A stretch of 59,159 nucleotides of DNA from a virus (lineage: Duplodnaviria; Caudoviricetes). This document shows, in pieces, positions 18,149 through 26,277 of the stretch. The stretch is from positions 1-59,159 of IMG/VR virus record IMGVR_UViG_3300044506_000022. The stretch is one strand, 5' to 3'. Numbering within the stretch: position 1 is the stretch's first letter; every line of letters begins with the position of its first letter. Below the pieces are notes generated by a model. It saw only the letters and a list, made by a program, of their open reading frames with translations. It searched no databases and was not told the origin of the DNA. The position numbers were made by a program, and so were the translations under genes.

Positions 18149-18325
18149 CTATTCTTTTACTTCTTCCAAGCAATCGACAGAAAATCCACCTGTCTTACCT
18201 TCAAGCAAAACAACCTTTTGTCCATGACCTAATTCCCATGGCTCACTTCTTGTAGTCCAAACTTTATTAGGGTTTTTTCTTGCTTCGTAACAATTAATCA
18301 TTTTCACTTTTGTTCCAATTTTCAT
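18149..18325 (-). CDS. Hypothetical protein (58 aa)
   Basis: MKIGTKVKM...; aagggag RBS. Confidence 0.65.
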   Translation of the reverse strand: MKIGTKVKMINCYEARKNPNKVWTTRSEPWELGHGQKVVLLEGKTGGFSVDCLEEVKE

Positions 18326-18350
18326 GTTTTTGTCTCCCTTATATCCTTTT

Positions 18351-18524
18351 TTATTCGAAAAGTTCATTTTCAATTGCGAACTGAGTCGGATTTCCAAATC
18401 TGTCCATCATATTGAATTCAACTAACTTTTTAAATGTTTGTTCTTTCGATAAAACGATCCCGCGATTTCTTAAATACACTTGTAATTCATTTACTGCAGC
18501 AACTGCTTTTGAAGGTATTCTCAT
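18351..18524 (-). CDS. Hypothetical protein, 57 aa, absent from ORF track
   Basis: MRIPSKAVAAVNELQ...GNPTQFAIENELFE; ATGA overlap with the antirepressor gene. Confidence 0.6.
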   Translation of the reverse strand: MRIPSKAVAAVNELQVYLRNRGIVLSKEQTFKKLVEFNMMDRFGNPTQFAIENELFE

Positions 18525-19252
18525 CGAGCAACCTCCACTTTAAATTCCTTAAGTAACACATCAATTAACTTAACCTGACCTTTGCCAGTTATCATTGTTG
18601 TTCCACTTTGAATGTCACCCTCGGTCCTTTTAACAATTGTTGGTAATAGTTCGAATAGTCCTTGCTCAACGAATTGTTGCTTAGGGAAGTTTTTCTCTCT
18701 GCCCGTTTTGATTAAGTACCCTTTATCTCTTAGCCATTCCATTAATTTATTGCGACCGATGTTAATTCCATGTTTGTCAAAAATTAACTTAGCAAATGCT
18801 CCAATGTTTATAGAACCATCACTGATTGCTACGACTTTGCCGAAATTTGTGTATTGCTTATCTTGTTCAATCTGACTTTCAAGTTTAATGATTTTTTGTT
18901 GTTGAAACTCCATCGCTCTTTTGATAATCATTTCTGGACTGTTCCACATTTTTTCGATTTGAAGGAAATATTGTCTTGCTTGTTTTCCTTTTTCAGTACG
19001 TTGGATCATTGCTATTTCTTTTGCCATGTCTAGTTTTATGTAGTGATCAATAAACGTTGTCATGTTACCTTGAGCTGTTGCTCTTTTTTGAGCAGTAGCT
19101 ATAAAATCTACTTTTTCAGTAAATCCATAATCAACCATTCTAGGAAACCAATCTTTATATAAAGTTTTCACTCCTAAAAACTCGTGCAACTCACGGCCAC
19201 TAATAATGATTTCACCTTGATCATTTTGTTTTGTAGTGATTAGTTCGTTCAT
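18521..19252 (-). CDS. Phage antirepressor (AntA/AntB N-terminal plus KilA-C/ANT C-terminal)
   Basis: SGRELHEFL...DMAKEIAMIQR..KGKQARQYF; IGRNKLMEWLR...TGKGQ. Confidence 0.9.
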   Translation of the reverse strand: MNELITTKQNDQGEIIISGRELHEFLGVKTLYKDWFPRMVDYGFTEKVDFIATAQKRATAQGNMTTFIDHYIKLDMAKEIAMIQRTEKGKQARQYFLQIEKMWNSPEMIIKRAMEFQQQKIIKLESQIEQDKQYTNFGKVVAISDGSINIGAFAKLIFDKHGINIGRNKLMEWLRDKGYLIKTGREKNFPKQQFVEQGLFELLPTIVKRTEGDIQSGTTMITGKGQVKLIDVLLKEFKVEVAR

Positions 19253-19386
19253 TCCTCTTCCTCACTATTTTCATTTTTTATTTGTTCTAATTCGTACATT
19301 TCAGTAAAGTACGGTTCGAATGCTTCTTTAAATGCTTCTTCTTTTTTCTTGGTGCCATATGTTACCGTTCCTACACGAAGAACCAT
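19249..19386 (-). CDS. Hypothetical protein, 45 aa, absent from ORF track
   Basis: gaggtga RBS; ATGA overlap with the antirepressor gene. Confidence 0.55.
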   Translation of the reverse strand: MVLRVGTVTYGTKKKEEAFKEAFEPYFTEMYELEQIKNENSEEEE

Positions 19387-19434
19387 TAAATATCACCTCT
19401 TTGTTAAATCATATGCAGGAATAGTAAACATAAT

Positions 19435-19735
19435 TTCCACTTAAAGTGGAATCACTTAGAAAAAAATATTTCCTCAATTGACTTACCGTAAAATTCACTC
19501 AATCTTTTTAATAAGTCTTTACCTGGAAATCGTTTACCGTTCTCTACTGCGTTATACATTTGTATAGATATGTTTAATGCTTCCGCAATTTCCTTTTGAG
19601 TACGAGAGCCACGCAAGGAAATTAATACTTCATTCTTCAATTTTACACCCCTCTCACTCCACTTACAGTGGCTTTATACTTTTATTATATCCACCATAAG
19701 TGGAAAGTCAATACATTTTTATACTTTTTGTGGAA
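19435..19735. promoter_or_regulatory. Genetic-switch operators TCCAC-N5-GTGG(AA) and lytic promoter
   Basis: ttccacttaaagtggaa 19435-19451; tccacttacagtgg 19658-19671; tccaccataagtggaa 19690-19705, filling the spacer of minus-strand TTGACT-N16-TATAAT. Confidence 0.8.
19452..19640 (-). CDS. Cro-like XRE HTH regulator
   Basis: TQKEIAEALNIS.QMYNAVENGKRFP; first gene of the lytic operon. Confidence 0.9.
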   Translation of the reverse strand: MKNEVLISLRGSRTQKEIAEALNISIQMYNAVENGKRFPGKDLLKRLSEFYGKSIEEIFFSK

Positions 19736-19834
19736 ATTGATACAAAACAATTTCATATCCGTGAATTTTATGTGAAAATTATAGTAAATATATCTTATTT
19801 CAGAAGGTAATACTAATTAATAAAGGTGATTAAT

Positions 19835-20167
19835 ATGACATTTGGTAAACGTTTGTCTCGATTAAGAGAAAGTCGTAATATGGATCAAACTAAATTAGGG
19901 GAAATTTTAAATTTAAGTAAAAGTACAGTTTCAGCATATGAGCACGATCAACGTCAACCAAGCCCAGAAACTATCGTACTAATTGCAGAAATATTCAATG
20001 TTACTACGGATTATTTATTGCGTGGAGAAGAAGATACAACTAAAGATAATGAACTTTCAAGAGAACTAAAAGATTTTATTGAGAGATATAATAAATTGGA
20101 TGAAGATGAAAAAGAATTTTTAATGAAGAAAATAGAGAAATTAACTAAAACACTAGAAGAAATGTAG
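19835..20167 (+). CDS. CI-like immunity repressor (XRE HTH, no S24 peptidase domain)
   Basis: FGKRLSRLRE...SKSTVSAYE...TTDYLL; divergent from cro across the operators. Confidence 0.85.
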   Translation: MTFGKRLSRLRESRNMDQTKLGEILNLSKSTVSAYEHDQRQPSPETIVLIAEIFNVTTDYLLRGEEDTTKDNELSRELKDFIERYNKLDEDEKEFLMKKIEKLTKTLEEM

Positions 20168-20169
20168 AG

Positions 20170-20201
20170 CCCCCTTTAGAGATTAAGGGGGTTATTTTTT
20201 T
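20170..20201 (+). terminator. Terminator after the repressor gene
   Basis: ccccctt...aaggggg followed by ttattttttt. Confidence 0.7.
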
Positions 20202-20307
20202 CAATCTGAATTATTTCGAATAATTCGTCAATTACTTTTTTGCTGTCGAATCCTTTTTCTTTTAATAATTTGATTAATGCTAATGCTTTCGACTCAACTG
20301 TTTTCAT
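20176..20307 (-). CDS. 43-aa protein under a LexA box; candidate SOS antirepressor, absent from ORF track
   Basis: MKTVESKALALIKLLKEKGFDSKKVIDELFEIIQIEKNNPLNL; aggggt RBS; own extended -10 promoter. Confidence 0.65.
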   Translation of the reverse strand: MKTVESKALALIKLLKEKGFDSKKVIDELFEIIQIEKNNPLNL

Positions 20308-20340
20308 AATCTCAACCCCTGTTAGATAAATTGTAAATTA

Positions 20341-20369
20341 ATTATAACATTTTTCAGGAACGTGTGTTC
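20341..20369 (-). promoter_or_regulatory. Extended -10 promoter with Firmicutes LexA (DinR) box
   Basis: TGTTATAAT on the minus strand (20349-20341); GAAC-GTGT-GTTC at 20358-20369. Confidence 0.75.
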
Positions 20370-20575
20370 TAGTTTTTTTCTTATAGTACTTATATACTAT
20401 TAAATAAATTAAGAGTATTCTTACAAAATTACTATTCGCTTTTAATTATATGTATAATTTTCCGACAAATAAAGACTAAATTTACAACAATTAGCGACAA
20501 AATATTTTTATGTCAATATTTTCCAATTATAATTAAATTATAAAAAAACGGGAAACCTATCGTTACTGAGTAGAA

Positions 20576-20899
20576 ATGAGTGATAATGTGCTAGGTGAAA
20601 GGTTAAGACAACTCAGAATCGAGCATAAGTACTCACAAAAAGACGTGGCCGAACTAACAGGTGTCACGCGAAGTACATATGCTGGTTATGAGAACAACAA
20701 TGCTCCACCAGATGTATTTATAATTATTAAATTAGCTAAATTATATAAGACTTCAACAGATTTTATCTTGTTTGGAGTAACAGAGAATTTCATCCTCCCT
20801 CTTGAATTTAAAGAAGTACTCAACGATCTGCCCCATGAACGAATTAATAATTTTTGGGAACATCTTATTGAATTTGCTCGATATTTATCTAAACGATGA
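20576..20899 (+). CDS. Second XRE-family HTH regulator
   Basis: LGERLRQLR...SQKDVAE..GVTRSTYAGYE...STDFIL. Confidence 0.88.
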   Translation: MSDNVLGERLRQLRIEHKYSQKDVAELTGVTRSTYAGYENNNAPPDVFIIIKLAKLYKTSTDFILFGVTENFILPLEFKEVLNDLPHERINNFWEHLIEFARYLSKR

Positions 20900-20900
20900 T

Positions 20901-20952
20901 TTGTTTGCGATAGTTATGCACTTCAAATGAAATATATAACTATCGCAAACAA
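20901..20952. other. Putative attP of the serine integrase
   Basis: 52-bp element: 17-bp perfect IR (ttgtttgcgatagttat/ataactatcgcaaacaa), inner ttca/tgaa IR, central AA at 20926-20927; 13 bp past the integrase stop. Confidence 0.75.
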
Positions 20953-20965
20953 TTAAAATAGCATT

Positions 20966-22435
20966 CTATTTGTTATCAAATGTATATTCAAAGTTAACTT
21001 CGCCATCATGATGTACAGTTAGTTTTTTAATCAAGGTTTTAAACACTCGGTAAAGATCGTTATCTTTCTTCTCCAATTCCTCGAACGCTTTCTTTACTGT
21101 CTCAATTTGTATTTGAGTAAATTTTGTTGTATTTAATGAAGAAATCTGTTTTTCTAATTCAATTTTTTTTAATTCAAAATCATTTTTTCTCTTTTGAAAT
21201 TCTTCTTTACTGATAAGTTGGTCTAAATATAAATCAACTAATGATTCTTTTTTAGTTTGTATTTGCTCTAATTGTCTCTTTGATGATTCTAATTGTTTTA
21301 CACCTTTTTGCTCTAACTTGTTTTCAATATTAAAATTGATTTCTTTTCCTTCTAATAATAATTGATTAATTACAAGTTCTCTGAAATCCTCGTATCTTAT
21401 AGGTATATGGTTTTCACAAAGATGTACTCCGCCCCTTCTGTAAGCACTACACTTCATATATCTCCATTCTGTTTTGGTGCCATCTTCTTTCTTCCTCCAG
21501 GAAGCTGTCGTAATCATATTACATCCACACTTCCCACAAACAGCAATGCCACCTCTAAACTCATTAACTAGTGACCATTTTGTACGTTTAGGAATTTCTT
21601 TTCCATTCGCTTCTTCCCAAACCTCAATAGGTACAATTGCACGATGTTGATTCTCGAATATTCTCCATTTTTCAGGAGGGTTTTGAATTTGCTTTTTCCG
21701 ACCACCGAATTTAACTTTTGTATATCTACCGAGAATAACAGTACCTTTATAGATAGGATTTTTAATCATGGTGTTAACTGAAACATATTGCCATTTACCA
21801 CCAGAACGAGTTGTGTAACCTTCTTCATTTAGACGATTAGATATATTTTTAAGTCCGATTCCATTTGTATACCAATCAAAAATCATTCTGACAATAGGTG
21901 CTTCTTTTTCATCTGGAACTAATTTTTTATATTCGTCTACTCTATATCCAAACGGAGCTTTAGATCCTCGATGTTCACCTCTTCGCACTTTTGCAGCAAT
22001 AGCACTAGAAATGGATACTGATAAAGTTTTTGGATATTGAGCTGCAAACATTGCGAACATCTCAAATTTCATATCATTCTTACCTTCGTATAAAGAGTCG
22101 TAACCTTCCTCGATTGTTACAAGGCGAACTCCATGAGCTATAAATACCTCTTTTATTTCTAATGCGTCTTTCAAGTCCCTCGCTAAACGATGAATTGACT
22201 TGAATACAACTAAATCTATAAGTTTTTTCTTTGCTTTTGATAATAATACTTGCATAGCCTCACGTTCTAAAAACGCTGTACCAGTTATTGCCTCATCATA
22301 ATGGACTGTACTATCGTCCCACTCATAACCATTACGTTCTAGCCAAAGTCGGCAAATGTCAACTTGGTTTTCTACTGATGTCACTTGTTCATCTTTTTCA
22401 GTTGATACACGTACATAAACTGCATAGTTAGACAT
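20966..22435 (-). CDS. Large serine recombinase (integrase)
   Basis: YVRVST catalytic Ser, RLARD, recombinase domain (PFGY, NPIYKG), Zn ribbon CGKCG...C..C, coiled coil. Confidence 0.95.
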   Translation of the reverse strand: MSNYAVYVRVSTEKDEQVTSVENQVDICRLWLERNGYEWDDSTVHYDEAITGTAFLEREAMQVLLSKAKKKLIDLVVFKSIHRLARDLKDALEIKEVFIAHGVRLVTIEEGYDSLYEGKNDMKFEMFAMFAAQYPKTLSVSISSAIAAKVRRGEHRGSKAPFGYRVDEYKKLVPDEKEAPIVRMIFDWYTNGIGLKNISNRLNEEGYTTRSGGKWQYVSVNTMIKNPIYKGTVILGRYTKVKFGGRKKQIQNPPEKWRIFENQHRAIVPIEVWEEANGKEIPKRTKWSLVNEFRGGIAVCGKCGCNMITTASWRKKEDGTKTEWRYMKCSAYRRGGVHLCENHIPIRYEDFRELVINQLLLEGKEINFNIENKLEQKGVKQLESSKRQLEQIQTKKESLVDLYLDQLISKEEFQKRKNDFELKKIELEKQISSLNTTKFTQIQIETVKKAFEELEKKDNDLYRVFKTLIKKLTVHHDGEVNFEYTFDNK

Positions 22436-22489
22436 TGTATTCCCTCCTTATACAATATTATACTAGCAGTCTGTTTAATTAGGAAAATA

Positions 22490-22519
22490 AAAAAAGAGAT
22501 AGGCTATATTTACCTATCC
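22490..22519 (-). terminator. Terminator ending the ParM/ATPase operon
   Basis: gatagg-N9-cctatc with a minus-strand T-tract. Confidence 0.55.
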
Positions 22520-22528
22520 CACAGAGAA

Positions 22529-22765
22529 TTATTTAATTAGAGTTAACTCTCCACATCTTTCTAAAATTTCTACATCATCCAATTTACTTACATTGACTTT
22601 CACATGACCACTCTTAGTTTTTAAAACTGTATACCCATTAATAAATCTAACAAAACGACCTTCAATTGTTTCTAGATCACCAAAGTTAGTTAATGTCATT
22701 TTTAGCAAATCGCCTTTTTGTGGTTTTAAGTTGATAAGAGTTAAATACTTTGTTCTAATATCCAT
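22529..22765 (-). CDS. YolD-like (SH3/WYL-like) small protein, paralog B
   Basis: GDLLKMT...GRFVRF...VLKT...LDDVEILER, paralogous to the next ORF. Confidence 0.55.
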   Translation of the reverse strand: MDIRTKYLTLINLKPQKGDLLKMTLTNFGDLETIEGRFVRFINGYTVLKTKSGHVKVNVSKLDDVEILERCGELTLIK

Positions 22766-22779
22766 AATAGACCTCCTAA

Positions 22780-23058
22780 TTAAATAAAATTGTTTATTCT
22801 TTCTAAAATAAGCACATCATCTATACAAATAATGTCTATCTTTAGTTTTTCCTCTTGTGTTTTCAAAACGAGTTTACCTGGAATGAATTTTACAAAAAAA
22901 CCTATAACTGTTTTGGTATTTAATCCATTGTAATTTGAGTAAGTTACTTCCAACATATCTCCTTGTTTTAACTCTAAGTTAATTATCCGTATATAGGTGT
23001 TTCGTATAAAATCTACATTGAAATTGTGAGGAGGTTTATTTTTATACCACATTAGCAC
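22780..23058 (-). CDS. YolD-like (SH3/WYL-like) small protein, paralog A
   Basis: GDMLEVTY...GFFVKF...VLKT...IDDVLILER. Confidence 0.55.
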   Translation of the reverse strand: MLMWYKNKPPHNFNVDFIRNTYIRIINLELKQGDMLEVTYSNYNGLNTKTVIGFFVKFIPGKLVLKTQEEKLKIDIICIDDVLILERINNFI

Positions 23059-25195
23059 CCTCCTTGCTTGGTGGAGCTGACATATATGCCATAAAAGGAA
23101 CTGTGCTTTCGCCTCCAGTTCGCAAAATATTGATTGCGTGCCATCGTTTTAGTTTCATACACTCTTCTAAAGTAAAAGGTGCTACTTCTTCTAAAAAGGC
23201 TTTCCATGTATCTTTTGAAGTCGGATACAGATGATAATGAGGTAACGCATTTTTAATAGATAATCTAGCTTGCCTTGGCAACTGCTCCCAGTAATGAAAT
23301 AACCAAGTGAAGCTGACTCTCCATTTTCTGCTCTCTACTGCCATACTCTCCCATAACTTTGCACTTCTATTAAATTGATGTGGTTCGTCAACGATCACAA
23401 AGAATGGATGTTGGTGTTCTTCTTTTCGCATTTGCATAGCCAAATTAATTTTCGTCATTAATAAGTTTCCGATTAGATTAATTTGCTTTGGTGTTAATCC
23501 ATCCAGTTTGCTAACATCAAATACGAAAGCTTTCTTTTGACTGAGGATTTCAACAAAATCAAGTTCATTATTACTCGTAAAACAATCCATAAGGAACGGA
23601 TCGCCCATAATCATATCTAATCGATTGTAGATCGGCTTGATTAGTTTCATTCTCATTTTGTCGCTTTCTTCTTGATACTGAATGAGTGTATTTTTATGAA
23701 TACCATCTGGTAAGCTATCAATGGCTGATTGTAAATACTCTTCATCTTCCATAATACTAAATAATTCACTCATTTTAGTTGTCTTCATACCGATAACAAA
23801 GGATCTCAAATATCTCTCAGTTTGCACGTTATCTTCAAGGCTATCTTCAAAGAATGAAAGAACTGTATCAGCTAATAATCCTTTTCCGTATTGGTTATAT
23901 TTTGCTTCACACCAATCAAAGCTAGGTTTCATTTTTGAAATATTAATGATTTCATATTCTTCTGGTTTTAATACCTTTGAGATTAATTCAGATACTTCTT
24001 TTTTGGCCGGATCAATCAGTAACGCTCCAAACCCATTTTTTACTGCTTGAACTAACTTGTTTGCTCCATATCCTTTTGTTTTACCTTGCCCCATCCCTCC
24101 AATTGCGCAATAAGGTAAGCATAGTTCATCATGGTTTTTAATTGGCATATAAATATTTGTTTCTTGCCCTTTATAAAGGTTCGTGCCTAGAAGCATACCG
24201 TCTTTGGTTAAGAATTTAGGTATGATTGTTTGTGATATTTCGATTCTTTCAATTCCGTATTTTTCTTGTAATGTAGATCCTGGTAATAAACATAACCTTG
24301 ATACTTCATAACTGCTCATGTAATTTGAATTATTAAATCTTGATTTTCTTCTTATCATATTTTCATAGTTTTTTGTATTACGATTTACACTTTCAAGTTT
24401 GTTATCTCCATCAAAAGAATTAAAAGCTGTTTCTAACGCTCTCATTAATGTTTCAGTACGTTTTTCTTTGCAATCTACACATAAGTTTATATTCACGTTA
24501 AAACCTGTATATTTTGCTTTTTGAAGGGTTTCTGGACGCAATTGACCATCTTTTAATAACATTGCTCTTTCACTAGCAAATAGATCGTATTTTTCAGGTT
24601 CAAATCCCATTAATTCAGTAAAGGTATTATGAGCTCCTAAAATTATACTGGCTACTCCTTTTATCGCTAAATTACCGAGATCCTTCTTATTGAATCGAAT
24701 TTTATAAGGTAATTCCCCTTTTTTAAATCCTTCATATCCTTCTTGTACACCAACAGACCAATCGTAATGCAAAGGTATTGCTAATATTTGAACTAAACAT
24801 TTTTCATTCTCTTTCATTAAGTTTAGTGTTTCTAGTAAATAGACTAACCAATCAGTACGTCTATCAGCTTTTAACGAGAGGAAATAATGATTTTTGTACT
24901 GCATACTTTTAATTGCTGTAGGTTTAAAGTTTTTTAGTGGATCATCACCTTCTTTCAGTGTGATATTTGGAAAAGTGGAAAGTAGAGATTTTTCGGATAG
25001 ATCTGCCATTCCGTTATTTGTTGTAAGATAAAAGGAAGGATTAGGTTTTTGTAAGAGTATTTCGTATGAGAAGAAGTTGTTTTCTTTATCTTTGTATCGT
25101 TGGTATGGTGTTTTGTATTGGTTGAGTGCTTGAGTAAGGTGTTCAACTTTATCATTACTCAGCTTACTATCTGGAATAAGCTGAAAGTGTTTCAT
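23042..25195 (-). CDS. FtsK/HerA-superfamily (TraD/VirD4/VirB4-like) ATPase
   Basis: Walker A GGMGQGKT, LIDPAK, Walker B FVIVDEPHQF, ESRKWR...HYWEQL. Confidence 0.8.
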   Translation of the reverse strand: MKHFQLIPDSKLSNDKVEHLTQALNQYKTPYQRYKDKENNFFSYEILLQKPNPSFYLTTNNGMADLSEKSLLSTFPNITLKEGDDPLKNFKPTAIKSMQYKNHYFLSLKADRRTDWLVYLLETLNLMKENEKCLVQILAIPLHYDWSVGVQEGYEGFKKGELPYKIRFNKKDLGNLAIKGVASIILGAHNTFTELMGFEPEKYDLFASERAMLLKDGQLRPETLQKAKYTGFNVNINLCVDCKEKRTETLMRALETAFNSFDGDNKLESVNRNTKNYENMIRRKSRFNNSNYMSSYEVSRLCLLPGSTLQEKYGIERIEISQTIIPKFLTKDGMLLGTNLYKGQETNIYMPIKNHDELCLPYCAIGGMGQGKTKGYGANKLVQAVKNGFGALLIDPAKKEVSELISKVLKPEEYEIINISKMKPSFDWCEAKYNQYGKGLLADTVLSFFEDSLEDNVQTERYLRSFVIGMKTTKMSELFSIMEDEEYLQSAIDSLPDGIHKNTLIQYQEESDKMRMKLIKPIYNRLDMIMGDPFLMDCFTSNNELDFVEILSQKKAFVFDVSKLDGLTPKQINLIGNLLMTKINLAMQMRKEEHQHPFFVIVDEPHQFNRSAKLWESMAVESRKWRVSFTWLFHYWEQLPRQARLSIKNALPHYHLYPTSKDTWKAFLEEVAPFTLEECMKLKRWHAINILRTGGESTVPFMAYMSAPPSKEGANVV

Positions 25196-25197
25196 AA

Positions 25198-25617
25198 TTA
25201 AACCCCCTTAATTGCTCTCCCAACTTCCATTAAGATGCTCATTAGTCCAGGTGCAAATTGTAAGCCGACAAATCCGATACATGCCCATCTAATTAGATTT
25301 AATCCTTTGTGTTTTTGGCCCATCATAATTAAAACACAGCCTGCGCTAATTGATAGAAAACAAACAGGATATGCAATTCCTGCTATGAACTCAAATAACG
25401 GATCAAAGGCATGTGCAACTTTATCTTGTATTGCTCCATTAACCGGAACACTTTGGCTTGTTGTTGCAGAAACAATTCGATTAACTATTAAATTTAAAGA
25501 AGTTCCTAACGAAAGACTTCCACCTATTAATGGTAAATAATAATTATTTTTCTCTTTAGGTTGTTTCCAGGAATCGTCCATAAAGGCTTTAAATTTTATA
25601 TACTCAATCTTTGCCAT
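25198..25617 (-). CDS. Membrane protein with TrbC/VirB2 pilin-like C-terminal hairpin
   Basis: FDPLFEFIAGIAYPVC...LIMMG...GLNLIRWACIGFVGLQFAP. Confidence 0.6.
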   Translation of the reverse strand: MAKIEYIKFKAFMDDSWKQPKEKNNYYLPLIGGSLSLGTSLNLIVNRIVSATTSQSVPVNGAIQDKVAHAFDPLFEFIAGIAYPVCFLSISAGCVLIMMGQKHKGLNLIRWACIGFVGLQFAPGLMSILMEVGRAIKGV

Positions 25618-25628
25618 CATTCTCCCTC

Positions 25629-25910
25629 CTAGACTAATGAAAATAAAATGTAAGATGTAGCACCAATACCGATACATTTTAATGCTGTTTTAGGCATTCC
25701 AATACATATAAGAATGAATCCAACAGCAATAATAATTAAACTGACCTTCATTCCCATTACCACCATAGGAGCAGCTTTAACAATTGCATAAGTTGTTCCG
25801 TGCTTAGTCGCTTGATGTAGAAAATTATCGCCAATAAAATGGCCGACTTTATCAGCAGCCCAAAATATTCCATCATGTATTCCTTTTTGAATCTTACTAA
25901 TTATTTCCAC
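25629..25910 (-). CDS. Small membrane protein
   Basis: Two C-terminal hydrophobic segments; aaaggag RBS, GTG start. Confidence 0.65.
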   Translation of the reverse strand: MEIISKIQKGIHDGIFWAADKVGHFIGDNFLHQATKHGTTYAIVKAAPMVVMGMKVSLIIIAVGFILICIGMPKTALKCIGIGATSYILFSLV

Positions 25911-25957
25911 GGTTTTCTCTCTCCTTTCTGTTTAAACTAAAATAAAGGAGTGATACT

Positions 25958-26053
25958 ATGTCAGCAATTATCACAAAATTAGGTTGGGGTATGGTGATTG
26001 GTGGATCTGCGGTTGCTGTTTTAAAAGCGATAGGGGATTTTTTAGGATATTAA
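25958..26053 (+). CDS. 31-aa hydrophobic peptide, counter-oriented, absent from ORF track
   Basis: aaaggagtgatactATG; MSAIITKLGWGMVIGGSAVAVLKAIGDFLGY. Confidence 0.55.
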   Translation: MSAIITKLGWGMVIGGSAVAVLKAIGDFLGY

Positions 26054-26277
26054 ATAAGTTGATTTGCAAAATCCTCATCGCCATCATCTTGTGGAGTATT
26101 TACAATAGAAGACTGATTAATGAATGGATGTGATGAAATTGGTGTCACATCTTTTTGAATTAATGATTTGATATACCTAGAAAAGTTTTTTCTATTTAGT
26201 GCATGATCATAAAGTTTCTTTTCGTCTGGATCGCTGATATTAAAACAAACATTTTTACGTTTAAATTCATTTGCCAT
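26050..26277 (-). CDS. ParR-like RHH DNA-binding/adaptor protein
   Basis: KNVCFN.SDPDE..LYDHA...NFSRYIKSLIQKD plus disordered acidic tail; coupled to the ParM-like gene. Confidence 0.7.
   Translation of the reverse strand: MANEFKRKNVCFNISDPDEKKLYDHALNRKNFSRYIKSLIQKDVTPISSHPFINQSSIVNTPQDDGDEDFANQLI

Noticed and set aside
18373-18387. gactcagttcgcaat as another copy of the post-stop motif
   Set aside because: It lies inside the 57-aa coding sequence, not after a stop.
19408-19437. Sporulation-sigma -10 (CATATGAT) downstream of cro
   Set aside because: No convincing -35 at the right spacing.
20456-20470. CodY-box-like aattttccgacaaat (similar one near 28876)
   Set aside because: Three or more mismatches to AATTTTCWGAAAATT in very AT-rich DNA; not distinguishable from chance by eye.
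20176-20965. Arbitrium or Rap-Phr signalling locus next to the integrase
   Set aside because: No TPR receptor (AimR/Rap) or signal-peptide pro-peptide gene is present.
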